Assembly (NCBI RefSeq): GCF_009914755.1
Contig: NC_060940.1
Length of the DNA: 64,000 bases
Source of the DNA: the human T2T-CHM13v2.0 reference genome, Homo sapiens
Reading direction: 5' to 3' (one strand)
In this document: positions 61,456 to 64,000 of the stretch, one piece after another
How the letters are laid out: the number at the start of each line of letters is the position of its first letter
Position numbering within the stretch: the first letter of the stretch is position 1
Translations under genes and position numbers: made by a program
Notes under the pieces: generated by a model
What the model was told of the DNA's origin: nothing
Seen by the model: only the letters and a program-made list of their open reading frames with translations
Databases searched by the model: none

Positions 61456-64000
61456 TACACCTCTTCTTCCTTCTTCCTTCTTCCTTGTCCTGGGTAGACA
61501 ACTCTTACTGTTAGCCCACTTTACAAATGGGGCAGCAGAGGTACAGGGATGTGAAGTGACTTGCTTGGGCCATCTCGCTTGGCAGCGTCAAGGCTGATAT
61601 CTGGGCCCAGGCAGGTGATCTGCCTTCAGCCTCTGTGAGCACAGCCTATCCCACAAGAAGGTCGGCTGTAGAGGATCCTGGAGGCTGGACGGGCAGAATC
61701 AGTCAGCCGTTGCCCATTTGATGGACATTCACATTAACTCCCTAAGTCAACTCCTCAACCTCAGTGCCGTGGAGAGCAGGGGGCGGGTGAGGAGGGGCTC
61801 TGATGGCCTGTCTCTCCGCCCACACCCACCGCTCCACCCTTGCTTAGGGGCCATTTTTAGAGTTGGGAGTGCTGCCCTCATAGTTCATCCACAGGCTTGT
61901 AAGAACTTCCCTGTTAATCCTAAACTTGTGGGGTGACAGTTACTCGTTCATTTATTTGTGCATTTATTCTTTCAATGTGACTTTACCAACTCTATAAGTA
62001 AGAGGCTGTAATAAGCACTGAGAGTCAAAGAAAAAGAAAAAGATCCTTAAGGCTGTACTATCTGTGTGGCCTCGGGCACGTTATTTGACCTCTCTGTGCC
62101 TGTTTCCCCTTTTATATACTAGGAATACTCATGCCACTTCTAGTATTGTGTTTATGAGGATTGAAGGTGGTTACATCTGTAAAGTGCTCAGAACAGTGTC
62201 TGGCACATGGTAAGATCTGTGTTCAGGTTTGTTAGGTAAGGGGCATTGGGCTGGTAGTGAAGTGGGGCGAGCAGACACACACGTGCGTTCTCATCCCCAG
62301 CGATGCCAGGACCCTGAACCTGTGCAGTGGGTGAGCCCGACATGGATGGTCCCGCCGAAAACCTCAAAGCCAGTGTTTCCATGTACACTAACACCAGCCA
62401 CCATATGCCGGCTTGCCAGACACACCGGGAACTTTGCATTTATTTTCTCATCATGCAGTTCTTATCAGGCTCCATATAAAGTGTTTATAGATGAGGAAAC
62501 TGGGGCTGAGGGGCAATAAGCATCTTGCCCAAGCTCCCGTAGCTTGTAAGTGCCGGAGCCAGGAATTGAGCCGAACTCTGCAAATGCCGCCGCACCACCC
62601 AGCCCTCCGTGGAGAAGCCAGCCGCACACGTCCATGCCCAAATCTAGGAGCTGGTGATGCAGAGAGTCACCTACTACAGGTTTCAGCCGTAAAGTTCGTC
62701 ATGTGAAGACAATTCAGAAGATGGTGGGACTCCCCCCACCTGTTCGCAGCAGAGATGCAGGGAGTTCACACACCATCCCCCGCAACTGCTAGGGCTCCAC
62801 AGAGAAATTTGGGAGCGAAAAGCAGCTCTGAGTGAATGAAGCCATAAACTCAAGCCTGTGTCTCATTTGACACTCTGCCAACCACCATGTAAATATTCCT
62901 AGTACTTAATGTATTAATCGAGAAGAAGAGAGAAACTGGGCTCATTATACATCCCACATTTGTGTTTCTCTTTAATACAGTAAAAGCCTCTTAAGATATT
63001 TTCCAGGAGAGCAACCACTAACGTCATCTTGCCAGAAAAAAAACATCTCAGGGGAGAGACCTTGGTGAGCTTCAGACTCAGAATATGTATGTGGAGGCCT
63101 ATGCATAGGTATATATATGTTTAATTAGTGTGGTTTCTTGGGAGGACTTTTCTATAATATCAAATTAAAATCCAGTAAGAAAAAAAATTAAGGTCATTTA
63201 TAGACAAAAGAATCCAGAGCCAGCCACTGAAAGCATATTTGCTGTTCTGTTCCCATCCTGCATATTTTCTAGGTATAGCACACAGAGAAGCTGAATTGAA
63301 GAGACTCCTCTTGGTGGTCTCAAGTTGTAGAACTTGCTGGTCCCACCCTCCATTGTGGCCTTCATACCTCCACCAGGAAGTCTTCCCTGACTTCAAAAAC
63401 ATGAGCCGCCCTTCCCTGGGTTCATTTCTCATACTCCATCGCATCACGGTTGCCTGATTGACAGTTCTTCCTTCCCGCAGTCCCCCCCGTCCCCGCACCC
63501 ATGACACCATAGAATTAGAGGGCAGAGCCTGGTCTTACTTGAGTCTTTGCCTTCTTGGGATCTGTCACAGTGCCGGGTACAGAGTCGAACCTGTTTGTTG
63601 AATAACGAACTGAAGCTGTGTGGAAGTCATTGTGTAGCACCGGCTTTGCTGGGTGGTTAATTTCCTTTCTCCCTCGTCCTATGTCCCTTCACTTCCAGGA
63701 CACTGTCATTCATGGTCGTTCATAGATGCTCAGTTCCCATGTGGCGCCATCTCACCTGCCCGCTGGACATTGACCAGCTGATACTTGCAGGAATTTCCAT
63801 GAAGACTCTGCCTTAGTTGTTCCTGGTGACAAAGAAAATTTGTTTGACACTTCTGGGGTCTGGTGTTCTCAGTGAACCCACCAGAATTGGCCAGCTTGCC
63901 CCACTTCACTCATTTCAGGCTGAGTTCGAGGACCCTATTTCTAGGTAGAACGCATTGGTTTTGTGATTGAATGAATTATAAGACAACTTGACTCCGTTGG

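Overview
Primate genomic DNA (human or a very close great ape, given ~29 Alu/FLAM/FRAM copies plus THE1 and MER41 LTRs). The window is almost entirely intronic. I can support one protein-coding exon: a 141-nt, phase 0-0, + strand exon at 52775-52915 (ag|GTC...AAG|gt). It encodes VYIRIKDDEWNIYRRYTEFRSLHHKLQNKYPQVRAYNFPPKKAIGNK, which I recognise as the PX-domain core of sorting nexin 29 (SNX29). The rest is SNX29 intron filled with Alu, L1, L2, MIR, MaLR/ERV LTRs, hAT and Tigger fossils and microsatellites. None of the ORF-track entries looks like a real gene, and the track misses the real exon frame. I see no convincing new biological system. The features most worth a second look are: two minisatellites apparently born from old TE sequence (one arrays TACGTGCT hypoxia-response-element motifs in 30-bp units); three separate short dispersed duplications (one supplies the empty site of a THE1 insertion); a twin-primed inverted L1 with a recoverable TSD; two Alus with possible 3'-transduced tags; a perfect 16-bp hairpin; a sense MER41A with a dead poly(A) signal; and an in-frame cryptic donor inside the PX exon. 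Repeat family names come from recalled consensus sequences, and old-repeat boundaries are approximate.
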